A DNA stretch of 64,000 nt, taken from Candidatus Methanomethylicaceae archaeon GD_Cm_T35_P0_bin.15 (lineage in GTDB: Archaea > Thermoproteota > Methanomethylicia > Methanomethylicales > Methanomethylicaceae). The notes beneath the pieces are model-generated. The model was not told the DNA's origin. It did not search any database and worked only from the letters and a program-made list of their open reading frames with translations. The stretch lies in assembly GCA_038801785.1 (NCBI GenBank), contig JAULTD010000001.1:289404-353403 (forward strand), read 5' to 3'. A program made the position numbers and the translations under genes. Shown here one piece after another: positions 1-8,280 of this stretch. Positions within the stretch are counted from its first letter, which is position 1. Each line of letters begins with the position of its first letter.

Positions 1-2
1 CG

Positions 3-86
3 CGGGAGCGGGTCGAGGGGGCGTTGCAGCGGATCGAGAAGGCAAAGGCGCGCGGGCAGTCCAACCTCGAGAAGTGGTTCGGCTAG
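3..86 (+). CDS. fen: flap endonuclease FEN-1, extreme C-terminus only (rest lies outside the window)
   Basis: Frame 3 reads RERVEGALQRIEKAKARGQSNLEKWFG-stop. The terminal QxxLxxWF is the PCNA-interacting (PIP) box typical of archaeal FEN-1 C-termini. Only 27 codons are visible. Confidence 0.45.
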   Translation, partial: RERVEGALQRIEKAKARGQSNLEKWFG

Positions 87-138
87 CCGGCCCCATATTT
101 ATCCATCTTCGCCCAGATAAGAGGGGTGGTCGGCAGAT

Positions 139-558
139 ATGATAGAGTATACTTTCGGCGCAAGGGGCCATCCAAAGATAAGCGCGCGGCACAGGACGAC
201 CCTCGAGATCACGAGGGACGGGGAGGTGACGGAGCTGGGGGACTGCATAGTGGCGACCTCCTCGGAGGTTGGACTTGCCGGACTTCCCAGCGAGCTGAAG
301 GAGGCGGCCAGGAGGGAGGGGTCCGTGATCGCCCTGGAGATCACTGCCGGCGGGCTGACGGAGAGGATAACCGGGAGGGGGCACCCCTCGCTGACTTTCA
401 CCAGCGGGAGGGAGATGGTGGCCAGGAGGAGCGGCTATATCTGCGGGAGGACGCTCATGATAAGGGCCGACAAGTCTGCGCGCGATCTCGACAGGAGGGT
501 GGTTGAGGCCCTCAGGAAGCCGGAGACCCGCGTCAGGGTGACGATCACGGTCTTCTGA
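139..558 (+). CDS. DUF371 family protein (conserved archaeal, function unknown)
   Basis: 139-aa ORF. ARGHPKISARHRTTLEIT...GDCIVATSSE matches my recollection of the DUF371 pattern (GH.ni.a.H.tT.E.T....GDCI). Confidence 0.6.
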   Translation: MIEYTFGARGHPKISARHRTTLEITRDGEVTELGDCIVATSSEVGLAGLPSELKEAARREGSVIALEITAGGLTERITGRGHPSLTFTSGREMVARRSGYICGRTLMIRADKSARDLDRRVVEALRKPETRVRVTITVF

Positions 559-2416
559 CGCTACCGGGGGCATCGGCCGCCGGGAGGCGCGGGACGGCCG
601 GCTGAGGGGGGCAGGGTCCGGCGGTAACCGGCGCAGCAGGGTTGATAGGCAGCCTCACAGTGAAGGAGGACCCCTTGCCCGCAACGCTCTCGGCGCTTAT
701 GCTCCCGTTGTGGGCCTCGATCATCCTCTTGCAGGCAGCGAGCCCTAGACCCGTCCCCTTCGGCTTGGTCGTGAAGAGGGGCTTGAATAGCTTGAGGAAG
801 TTCTCCTCGGATATGCCCGATCCGCTGTCGCTGATCCTGGCTATTATGCTCCCCCCAGAACTCGCGAGCCTTATGTCGAGCTCCCCGCCGTTGGGCATGG
901 CCTGGATCGCGTTGGTGATGAGGTTGATGAAGACGCGCTTGATCATCGCAGGGTCCATCCTCAGGTTGGGCAGGCCGTCCTCTGTGGTGACGGAGAGGCG
1001 TATGTTCTGGGGGATGTTTGCCGTCGCGATTATCTCGCTTATAAGCTGGGGCAGGCTTGCGTCGACCAGCCTCGGCGCGGGGGGCTTGGAAAAGTCCTGC
1101 AGGTCCGAGACTATCTTGTTCATATAGTCGACCTGCTTCTCCAGCCCCTCAAGAAGTTTGGTTATGCGCTGCCGGGCATCGGACCTCATCTCCGCAGACT
1201 CGGTGATCGCCCGGGTGAGGTAGAGGGTATTGACGATCACCTGGAGCGGGTTCCGCAGGTCGTGGCTGACCATTGCAGCGGTCTCGCCTATAGTGGCCAT
1301 CCGCTCGGCGTCCCTCAGCTCGCGGGTCTTCTGCTCGACCAGGTCCTTCAGGTGCAGGGAGTAGAGCCGCAGCTCCTTCTCCATACACTTCCGAGCGGTT
1401 ATATCAATAATCGAGAAGAAGACCCTTGAGTAGTTCTTGTTGACGGGATCGACTATCCAGCTGAGGCTGATATCGATCTGCTCCCCGCTGAGTGTCCGGT
1501 TCTTGCGTTCGCTCTTGAAGTAGGTCCTGCCTTCGGCAATGACCGCCAGCTCCTGTTTAAAGTCATCGTAGGTCATGATCTTGTGGAGGTCCAAGTCCTC
1601 CAGGCTGCTGGCGCCGTAGAGGTCGAGGGTGGCCCTGTTGACGTCGACGATCCTGACCAGCGAGAGGCAGTAGGAGATCGCTTCGGGGTGGCTGTCCAAG
1701 TAGGAGCGGATGTCAGTTATGCCCGCTGCCACGAGTCTGTCGATATAACGTTTCACTTCGGAGAAATCGGTCTCCCAGAGGGAGATGGGCGAGTTCTCGA
1801 AGAGGCTCCTGTACCTCTCCTCGTTCTCGCGGAGAGCCTGCTCGGTCCGGACCCTCTCGGCATGCGCCTCGGCCGCCTCGAGGGCGCGGGAGATGTTGTG
1901 GGCGAGGTTCTTAATCGGGGGGATGAAGTACTCTGCGGGCGAGGCGGGCGATATGCTCAGCGCGCCGATTATACGGTCCTGCCGGAAGAGCGGGGTAATT
2001 ATGCATGAGCCATGATCATAATCCCTCGCATTCAGGATCAGGCTGGCGATCGGTCTCGGGAAGCAGTTCTGGATTAGTTCTGCGTCACTCACCTGCAGGG
2101 TCTTGCCTTCAAGGAGCACCTGCCTGAGCATCTCGGATCCAAGGTCGCATTCCATCTCGCCCAAGCGCCCCCCGATCAGCTCCTCGATGGACGCAACCGG
2201 CAGGGACGACATCCCGGCCAACCTCACCTTCGAGCCGTCGGGGGTCAAGAGGAGCATCCCCGCGCTGTAACCGGATCCCTCGAAGCAATCCTTGACGAGG
2301 CGGCAGATCTCGGACCTGTCGAGGGCACTCTGTATCCTCGAGGAGACCCGCTCGGCTAGACGGATGATCTCCATGAGACTGCACAGTGTCTCGCCCGTCC
2401 CCTGAGGTGTGCTCAC
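545..2416 (-). CDS. sensor histidine kinase (GAF-like N-terminus, PAS, HisKA, HATPase_c)
   Basis: H-box AAMVSHDLRNPLQ, N-box NLITNAIQAM, G1 DSGSGI, G2 GTGLGLAACK. PAS-like segment ERYRSLFENSPISLWETD. Confidence 0.85.
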   Translation of the reverse strand: MSTPQGTGETLCSLMEIIRLAERVSSRIQSALDRSEICRLVKDCFEGSGYSAGMLLLTPDGSKVRLAGMSSLPVASIEELIGGRLGEMECDLGSEMLRQVLLEGKTLQVSDAELIQNCFPRPIASLILNARDYDHGSCIITPLFRQDRIIGALSISPASPAEYFIPPIKNLAHNISRALEAAEAHAERVRTEQALRENEERYRSLFENSPISLWETDFSEVKRYIDRLVAAGITDIRSYLDSHPEAISYCLSLVRIVDVNRATLDLYGASSLEDLDLHKIMTYDDFKQELAVIAEGRTYFKSERKNRTLSGEQIDISLSWIVDPVNKNYSRVFFSIIDITARKCMEKELRLYSLHLKDLVEQKTRELRDAERMATIGETAAMVSHDLRNPLQVIVNTLYLTRAITESAEMRSDARQRITKLLEGLEKQVDYMNKIVSDLQDFSKPPAPRLVDASLPQLISEIIATANIPQNIRLSVTTEDGLPNLRMDPAMIKRVFINLITNAIQAMPNGGELDIRLASSGGSIIARISDSGSGISEENFLKLFKPLFTTKPKGTGLGLAACKRMIEAHNGSISAESVAGKGSSFTVRLPINPAAPVTAGPCPPQPAVPRLPAADAPGSVRRP

Positions 2417-2460
2417 CCTGACCTGATCCCTCCGATAAAGCTAACAGATAGCAACCATAG

Positions 2461-2484
2461 CATCCGCATCCGCATCCGCATCCG
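2461..2484. repeat. hexanucleotide tandem repeat (catccg)x4 in the spacer upstream of the kinase gene
   Basis: Four perfect consecutive copies read directly from the sequence. Confidence 0.9.
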
Positions 2485-2585
2485 TAGCAGTAAGCAAGCC
2501 GAATAGCGCCAGGCTGTCTGGAGATACTCTGATCCTCTCGATTATTATGCCTTGCGAGAGGGGATGCGCCCTGTCAGAGTGACAG

Positions 2586-3635
2586 TCAGGGCGATCGGGG
2601 CTCAGCCCAGACATCCAGAGCCACCTGCCACTCCCTCGGGGCGGTCGGCTTCACCACGCGGGTCCCTCTGATGTTGTAGCTGGCGAAGTACAGATCGGCG
2701 ACCCGCCGGAGTGCGGATTCTGCGCCCCTCAGAGGGTCCTCCTTGGCGAAGACATAGAGGTGAAGCATCCCGCCGCCCGGCTTAAGAACTCCGGCAGCGG
2801 CGTCGAGGAACTCGAGGGATCTGCCGGGGAGGTTCATGATCACCCGGTCTGCCACCGCGCCCAGCCGGGCGGCGGCGGCCCTCGCATCACCGCAGATCGG
2901 CTCGACCCTGCCGCAGAGTCTGTTGAGGGAGACGTTCTCCGAGAGGAGCCTTATCGCATCGGGGTTCAGGTCTATTGAGTACACATGTGCCATGGCGCAC
3001 TTTGCTATCATGAGGGAGAAGGGGCCTACCCCGGAGAACATGTCGACCACGGTCTCGCCATCCGCCACGGATGAGGCGACGCGGAATCGCTCCCAGCCGA
3101 GCCTAGGCGAGTAATACACCTTGGAGAGGTCCACCTTCACCCTGATGCCGTACTCGGAGTGGACGGTCTCCCACTTCTCTTCCCCTGCCACCACTTCTAA
3201 CCGAGGAACCCTGAACTCCCCGGCGACCTTCCCAGTCTTGAGCATCACTGTCCTCATTCCAGGGTTCAGCCTGAGGAGGGCCTTACCGATCTCCCCGCGG
3301 TAGGGGAGGAGGCCGTCAGAGAGTGACTCGACCACGAGTATATCGCCTACTGCATCGTAGGACCTAGGAAGGAGGGCATGGAGGTCCCGCGGCACAGCCT
3401 CACCCAGCGCCTCGCTCAGGGTCCTCGGGCGCTTGGCCGATGGCGGGAGGTCAGCAGTCGTTACTTCACCTTCGAGGGTGCAGGCCGCCTCTAGGGGCCG
3501 GAGGATCGGGATTAGGATGGAGCCTCCCTCCTCTCTGATCTTCCGCGACCTGTCGTAGAGGCCGAGCCTGAGCAGGGCCTGCCTGACGCGCTCCCCGCTG
3601 CGCTTCTCGGCCCTTATGCAGAGGTTGCTGCCCAA
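2586..3635 (-). CDS. trm5: tRNA (guanine37-N1)-methyltransferase, Trm5/Taw22 family (Met-10+ like)
   Basis: SAM-binding VVDMFSGVGPFSL, catalytic-region VIMNLPG, and overall Trm5b-like length and layout. Confidence 0.75.
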   Translation of the reverse strand: MGSNLCIRAEKRSGERVRQALLRLGLYDRSRKIREEGGSILIPILRPLEAACTLEGEVTTADLPPSAKRPRTLSEALGEAVPRDLHALLPRSYDAVGDILVVESLSDGLLPYRGEIGKALLRLNPGMRTVMLKTGKVAGEFRVPRLEVVAGEEKWETVHSEYGIRVKVDLSKVYYSPRLGWERFRVASSVADGETVVDMFSGVGPFSLMIAKCAMAHVYSIDLNPDAIRLLSENVSLNRLCGRVEPICGDARAAAARLGAVADRVIMNLPGRSLEFLDAAAGVLKPGGGMLHLYVFAKEDPLRGAESALRRVADLYFASYNIRGTRVVKPTAPREWQVALDVWAEPRSP

Positions 3636-3769
3636 TTGTGGTTACCTTTCGATCACACGATCGGCTGCTAGCACATTTATCTTTCCCGGTTTTGGGTTGA
3701 TGTTTTCCCGGGGGAGTTAGCGATTGCTTTTATGGTATGCAGCACACCTCATAGGACCAGATCACAACA

Positions 3770-4216
3770 ATGGGGGAGGGGGGTTTGGAGCAGCAAGGAT
3801 CGATCGTTGAGTTCGACTCAACTGAGCCAGACTGTTCCAGAGAGGCTCAGACGAAGTGGCGGAGGAGGGAGCGCCCGCGGCTGCGGGAACTGAAGATGCT
3901 TTCGCCGAGGCAGAGGAGGGTGGTGATAGAGCGCGACGGCAGGTGCGTGATATGCGGGAGCCTGAAGGAGCTGGAGGTGCACCATATTGAGGGCGTCCTG
4001 GCCCCTGATGGGCTGCAGAGGATAAACCATTATGACAATTTGGCTGCCCTGTGCAGGCGCTGCCACAGGGCAGTAACATTCCTGGAGCTATACCACCCGA
4101 TCCTCAATGTGAAGGCAGTGATCCCGTTCCTGAGGAGCAGGATCGGGCAGGACGGAGGGCCGCGCGAGGCATCCCGGATGGACAGGGGACAAGACAAGAA
4201 AGCTGGTCAGTCATAG
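3770..4216 (+). CDS. HNH endonuclease domain protein
   Basis: RDGRCVICGS...LEVHHIEG...NLAALCRRCHRAV is the CxxC...HH...N...CxxCH HNH signature. The start may instead be the internal ATG at 3896 (MLSPRQRR). Confidence 0.7.
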   Translation: MGEGGLEQQGSIVEFDSTEPDCSREAQTKWRRRERPRLRELKMLSPRQRRVVIERDGRCVICGSLKELEVHHIEGVLAPDGLQRINHYDNLAALCRRCHRAVTFLELYHPILNVKAVIPFLRSRIGQDGGPREASRMDRGQDKKAGQS

Positions 4217-4371
4217 GATGCGGGCAGAGCCAGCAGGGCAGGAGGGGCGTGAAGGACCGCCCCCCGGAGATCCGAGCCGACCGGATGTCTATCGGAGCAG
4301 GAAGCCTCTCCCACTTTAATACCGACCGGGGCTATTCATTACGATCGACTTGATGACGTAAGTTTGGGAAG

Positions 4372-4420
4372 TAGACCAGACCAGACTAGACCAGACTAGA
4401 CCAGACTAGACCAGACTAGG
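4372..4420. repeat. 10-bp tandem repeat (ccagactaga), four full copies plus a partial leading copy
   Basis: Read directly: tagaccaga ccagactaga ccagactaga ccagactaga ccagactagg. It lies about 100 bp beyond the 3' end of tRNA-Arg. Confidence 0.9.
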
Positions 4421-4521
4421 TTTTGTTTTACTTGGCCTCCCTGAAAACGGGGCATGCAACGTTCGTGGGCTGAAGAGCAGGGGGCGTTCGGAGCGGCTCA
4501 AACCATCGGCGTTTGGGATAA

Positions 4522-4599
4522 TGGCGGGTCCGGAGGGATTTGAACCCTCGACCAGCGACTTAGGAGGCCGTCGCGCTATCCAGTCTGCGCCACGGACCC
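4522..4599 (-). tRNA. tRNA-Arg (anticodon CCU), CCA encoded
   Basis: The reverse complement folds as a cloverleaf. Acceptor stem GGGTCCG/CGGACCC, anticodon loop CTCCTAA, T-arm GAGGG-TTCAAAT-CCCTC, discriminator G followed by CCA. Confidence 0.9.
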
Positions 4600-4643
4600 G
4601 CAGAGTTGTTCGGGCCTCTCCAGAGATTAACAATGGTTGCTAT

Positions 4644-5270
4644 TTATATTTTTAGCAGATTAAAGCTCAGCCCGCTGAGCACGTATGCGCCCAAATCGAA
4701 TACCCGGCTGGCCCTCTCGATTATTACCGAGTCGCTGGTTGCAACTATCCCGCCCCTCTTAAGCACCTCGACGTCGGCGCAGGCTTCGGCCGTGGCGCCC
4801 CCTTCGAGCGAGTTTTCCTCCAAGAGGCGCCTCGCCTCCGACGCGATCTCCCCGCTCCTGCTCACCGGGCTGTCGAAGACGAGGTGGACGCAGCTGGGGC
4901 CCAGCTCCTTCAGGGCGGCTATCACAGCCTCCAACGCAGCCGGTGCCGGAGCTGCCGAGCCATGGATCGCAGATACGTCGCGTGCGAAGCCGTCGTCACA
5001 TAGGTATACGGGGAGGCCCCTGAGGGCGCTGTCGACCGTGAGGAGGACATTGAAGCCGTCGACGGAGACGGAAGCCGACCGCACCTCGCCAGGGCCTACC
5101 GCCTTCCTCCTGTGCGACTCTGCCACGCCCTGCGGGTAGATGGCCCTGTAGAGGAGGAGCCTCTGCGATCTGTCGAGGCAGTAATGGTCCCCGACGAAGC
5201 GCACAGCGGACTCCCTAGCGTATCCGCGCTCTAGGAGGTACCGCAGGTCCTGTACAGCCTCTGCGATCAT
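4644..5270 (-). CDS. DUF434-like conserved archaeal protein
   Basis: Only the C-terminal 208 codons of the 333-aa track ORF look protein-like (MIAEAVQDLRYLLERGYARESAVRFVGDHY...). The ATG at 5270 overlaps the leuS stop as ATGA. The upstream part of the ORF is the out-of-frame shadow of leuS. Confidence 0.5.
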   Translation of the reverse strand: MIAEAVQDLRYLLERGYARESAVRFVGDHYCLDRSQRLLLYRAIYPQGVAESHRRKAVGPGEVRSASVSVDGFNVLLTVDSALRGLPVYLCDDGFARDVSAIHGSAAPAPAALEAVIAALKELGPSCVHLVFDSPVSRSGEIASEARRLLEENSLEGGATAEACADVEVLKRGGIVATSDSVIIERASRVFDLGAYVLSGLSFNLLKI

Positions 5271-8173
5271 GCCGAGCCCTCGATGTAGATCGCGGGTCTG
5301 AGGGGGATCGCCTGCCTGGACTTGCCCTTCGGGTCGTACTCGGGGGACTCGCCGAAGACATCTACCCTGCAACCGAAGTATGCGGAGAGGAACGCCGCGC
5401 TCCCGCTCAGGGCTGCGAACTCGTCTACCGGGTTCGCTATGAGCTTCGCCCTCTCCTCCTTCTGCATCGTCACTGCGGCCTGCGAGACAGAAGAGATAAA
5501 CTTGGCCGCCTCCCCGCCCCTGCCCCTCACCTCGGGATCCTTCATGGCCTCCCGGATAAGGTACTTCGGATCGGTTCCGGCATCTAGGAGCTTCAGGAGC
5601 CGGAGGTAGGCGCTCCACTTCCAGGCCGGCGCGGTGTAGTAGCATATGCGCCCAGGCGCGATGCCGGTGACCCTGACGATCTCAGAGGTGTCAGCTATCA
5701 GGTTCTTGAGGAGGTTCTCGGAGATCTCCGCCCTCTCATCGATGAGACGGGGATCGGACTTTGGCCACTCCGAGGTTGAGATGAAACCCCTGTGGCCGTA
5801 CCTCTCCCAGATCTCCTCGCAGATGTGCGGCGCGAACGGCGCCATCAGCCGCACCGTCATCTCGATCGCGTACTTGACTATGCCCCTCGTCTCCGCGTCG
5901 GCCGGCTTGGCGCGCTTGAGATACCACTGCACGTCCTGCTGGAGGACGAAGAGGGCTGTATGGATGGCCTCCCTCACCCTCAGGCAGTCCATCGAGGCGG
6001 TAACCTGGTCGATGGTCCTCTGGATGCGGCTCACTAGCCAGCGGGCGGCAGGGCTGGAGGGGGGCAGGTCCGAATCCCCGCCGCGCCCAAAGGAGGGGGC
6101 ATCGGCATCGGCATAATCCATAGCGAGGCAGTAAAAGTCCTCGAGCCTCGACCTCGTGCTCCTGGCGAGAGAGTCGCTAAAGTCGGCGTCCTGGAGGAGC
6201 TCGGAGGCGGAGAGTATGGAGGTGCGCAGGGTATCGGCTCCGTATATCCTGATGGCTCGCCTGAGGGGGACGATGTTGCCCATGGACTTGGACATCTTCT
6301 TCCCGTCCATCAGGACGCTGCCGTTGACCACTATGCGCCTTGGCCACAGCTCCTTGGGGAAGATCCCGACATGGTTGAAGATGAAGAACGTCAGGTGGTT
6401 AGGAACCAGATCCCTGCCGGAGTGCCGGCTGTCCAGAGGGTAGAAGTAGAGGAACTCGCGCCTGATCGCCTCCGCGGCCTCCCTGCCGGCAGCGAGCGAG
6501 GATGGGTCGCCCTTCCCTAGGAAGACATAGTCGAAGAACGCGTCATCGAGCTGTGAGGGCTGCAGGCCCATTTCCTTGAGCAGCCTGGATATGGCGTAGT
6601 ACGCCATGTAAATGGTCGAGTCTGAGAGGCTCTCGATGATCCAGTCCCTGTCCCACGGGAGGGGTGTGCCCAGCCCGGAGCGCCTCGCGCATGCCTTCTC
6701 CCTCAGCCAGTCCACGACGTTCTCGAACTCCTGCCGCAGGTCCTCGGGCATCAGGGACATCTCGCGGAGGTGTGCCCTGACAGCGTCCTTCCACCCCTCA
6801 TCGCCGTAGTTGATGAACCACTGGTCGCCGAGGAGGCTTACTATCACCTCGCAGCCGCACCGGCAGTATATGGGGCCGTTCAGTATCTCGCAGAAGGGGA
6901 TCGCGAGCTTGTTCTCGATCAGATCCTTCTTGACTGATTCCTTTGCCCTGCCCACGGGCAGCCCGGCGTACTTGCCGGTGTAGGGCAGCATCACCCCGCC
7001 GTGGAACTCCTTCTGGTAGACCTCCTTGGTCGCCTCCTCCGCCCTCGGGTCGTTCTGGTCCTTCACGCCCATCCTATCGACGACGTCCTGGGCGGGTATC
7101 CTAGAGTAGCCCTCGATCTTGATGACGGGGACGGGCTCTATCAGGAGGGGGGCGCCCACACAGTACTTCGCGAGCGCCTCGGGGTGCTTCGTCAAGTCCC
7201 TCAGGGCGAGGAGGTCGTAAGGGGCGTGTGCAGGGACGGACATGACGACGCCCGTGGCGTTCGAGGGGTCAACGAAGCTGGCGGGGAGGATCGGGATCCT
7301 GCTCCCGTTAATTGGATTAGTGGCGAACCTTCCGATGATGGAGGAGCCTTTCATCGTCCTCACGAGCTGGACGTCGTACGCCTGACTACTGAGCTTGCCT
7401 GCCGCCCGCTCGCTCACAATCAGCACCTCATCCCCCAGCTGGACCTCGGCGTAGATCGCCTCTGGGTTGAGCCAAATGTTCGTGACGCCGTAGATCGTCT
7501 CCGGCCTGAGGGTCGCGCAGAGCAGGGACTTTCCGTCGAGGCTGAACTTGATCGCGGTGAACTCCCCGATCTCAGGCTCAAGGTCCCCCCGCGTGTCGTG
7601 CTGCCCGACCGGGTTCCTGCAGGAGGGGCACCACCCTATGGGATGGACCCCCTTGGTGATGAATCCGCGGGAGTTGAGCTGGTGGAACTGCCACTCGATA
7701 AACCTGCTGTAGGAGGGATCGATGGTGGTGAATTCCCTCCGCCAGTCGATCGAGAAGCCCATCTCCTTCATACCTAGCTTGATCTCCGAGTGGAAGTACT
7801 TTGCTATGTTGAGCGGCTCGGTGAACGTCGCCATGGACTCCTTTGGGACGCCGTAGAGGTTCTCGAAGATCTCGATTACCTCCCTGTCGCCTGCGGCGAT
7901 CCTCTTGGCAATTGCGAGGATCGGTGTACCGGTGTAGTGGAACGCCATGGGCAGGAGGGTATTGTACCCCCTCATGCGCATGTAGCGGGCGTGGACATCT
8001 GCAAGCGTGTACGTCCGGGCATGACCGATGTGCTGGGGCGCGTTGGGGTAGGGGTACGCCACAGTCAGGTAATACTTCGGCCTGCCGTCGGGGTTGGCTT
8101 CAAAGGTCTTCGCCTCGGACCAGCGCTTCTGCCACTTCTCCTCGACCTTCTGGAAGTCGATAGTTGGAGGCAT
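5267..8173 (-). CDS. leuS: leucyl-tRNA synthetase (archaeal type)
   Basis: 968 aa. HIGH motif (PQHIGHARTY), KMSKS motif (KKMSKSMGN), and a CP1 editing region. Confidence 0.95.
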   Translation of the reverse strand: MPPTIDFQKVEEKWQKRWSEAKTFEANPDGRPKYYLTVAYPYPNAPQHIGHARTYTLADVHARYMRMRGYNTLLPMAFHYTGTPILAIAKRIAAGDREVIEIFENLYGVPKESMATFTEPLNIAKYFHSEIKLGMKEMGFSIDWRREFTTIDPSYSRFIEWQFHQLNSRGFITKGVHPIGWCPSCRNPVGQHDTRGDLEPEIGEFTAIKFSLDGKSLLCATLRPETIYGVTNIWLNPEAIYAEVQLGDEVLIVSERAAGKLSSQAYDVQLVRTMKGSSIIGRFATNPINGSRIPILPASFVDPSNATGVVMSVPAHAPYDLLALRDLTKHPEALAKYCVGAPLLIEPVPVIKIEGYSRIPAQDVVDRMGVKDQNDPRAEEATKEVYQKEFHGGVMLPYTGKYAGLPVGRAKESVKKDLIENKLAIPFCEILNGPIYCRCGCEVIVSLLGDQWFINYGDEGWKDAVRAHLREMSLMPEDLRQEFENVVDWLREKACARRSGLGTPLPWDRDWIIESLSDSTIYMAYYAISRLLKEMGLQPSQLDDAFFDYVFLGKGDPSSLAAGREAAEAIRREFLYFYPLDSRHSGRDLVPNHLTFFIFNHVGIFPKELWPRRIVVNGSVLMDGKKMSKSMGNIVPLRRAIRIYGADTLRTSILSASELLQDADFSDSLARSTRSRLEDFYCLAMDYADADAPSFGRGGDSDLPPSSPAARWLVSRIQRTIDQVTASMDCLRVREAIHTALFVLQQDVQWYLKRAKPADAETRGIVKYAIEMTVRLMAPFAPHICEEIWERYGHRGFISTSEWPKSDPRLIDERAEISENLLKNLIADTSEIVRVTGIAPGRICYYTAPAWKWSAYLRLLKLLDAGTDPKYLIREAMKDPEVRGRGGEAAKFISSVSQAAVTMQKEERAKLIANPVDEFAALSGSAAFLSAYFGCRVDVFGESPEYDPKGKSRQAIPLRPAIYIEGSA

Positions 8174-8244
8174 GGGACGATAACACCACCAAACGTTGAC
8201 GATAACCTGCTAACCTCTCATAGGATTAATCATTTTCCGTTTTT

Positions 8245-8280
8245 CCTTTCCTTTCCTTTCCTTACATTACATTACATTAC
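8245..8280. repeat. compound pentanucleotide microsatellite (ccttt)x3.8 followed by (acatt)x3.4
   Basis: Read directly in the leuS/alaS spacer. The second block overlaps the alaS stop codon. Confidence 0.9.

Noticed and set aside
4372-4420. Tandem repeats considered as possible CRISPR arrays.
   Set aside because: The units are 5-10 bp and directly adjacent, with no spacers, and no cas genes are present. There is no CRISPR array in this window.
5271-5645. The N-terminal 125 codons of the 333-aa track ORF at 4644-5645.
   Set aside because: This part overlaps the leuS C-terminus in another frame and reads as R/G/E-rich sequence that does not look like a protein. The protein-like sequence starts at the ATG at 5270, which overlaps the leuS stop (ATGA).
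7001-7777. Long antisense or out-of-frame ORFs overlapping strong genes. Examples: 7001-7777 and 7790-8332 in leuS, 9246-10112 in alaS, 26602-27504, 25555-26421, 54926-56269 in aEF-2, 57850-58941 in the ECF genes, 62925-63524.
   Set aside because: Their translations are R/G/P/H/D-rich and low in complexity. They lie opposite or out of frame to ORFs with clear family motifs. High-GC DNA keeps such shadow frames open.
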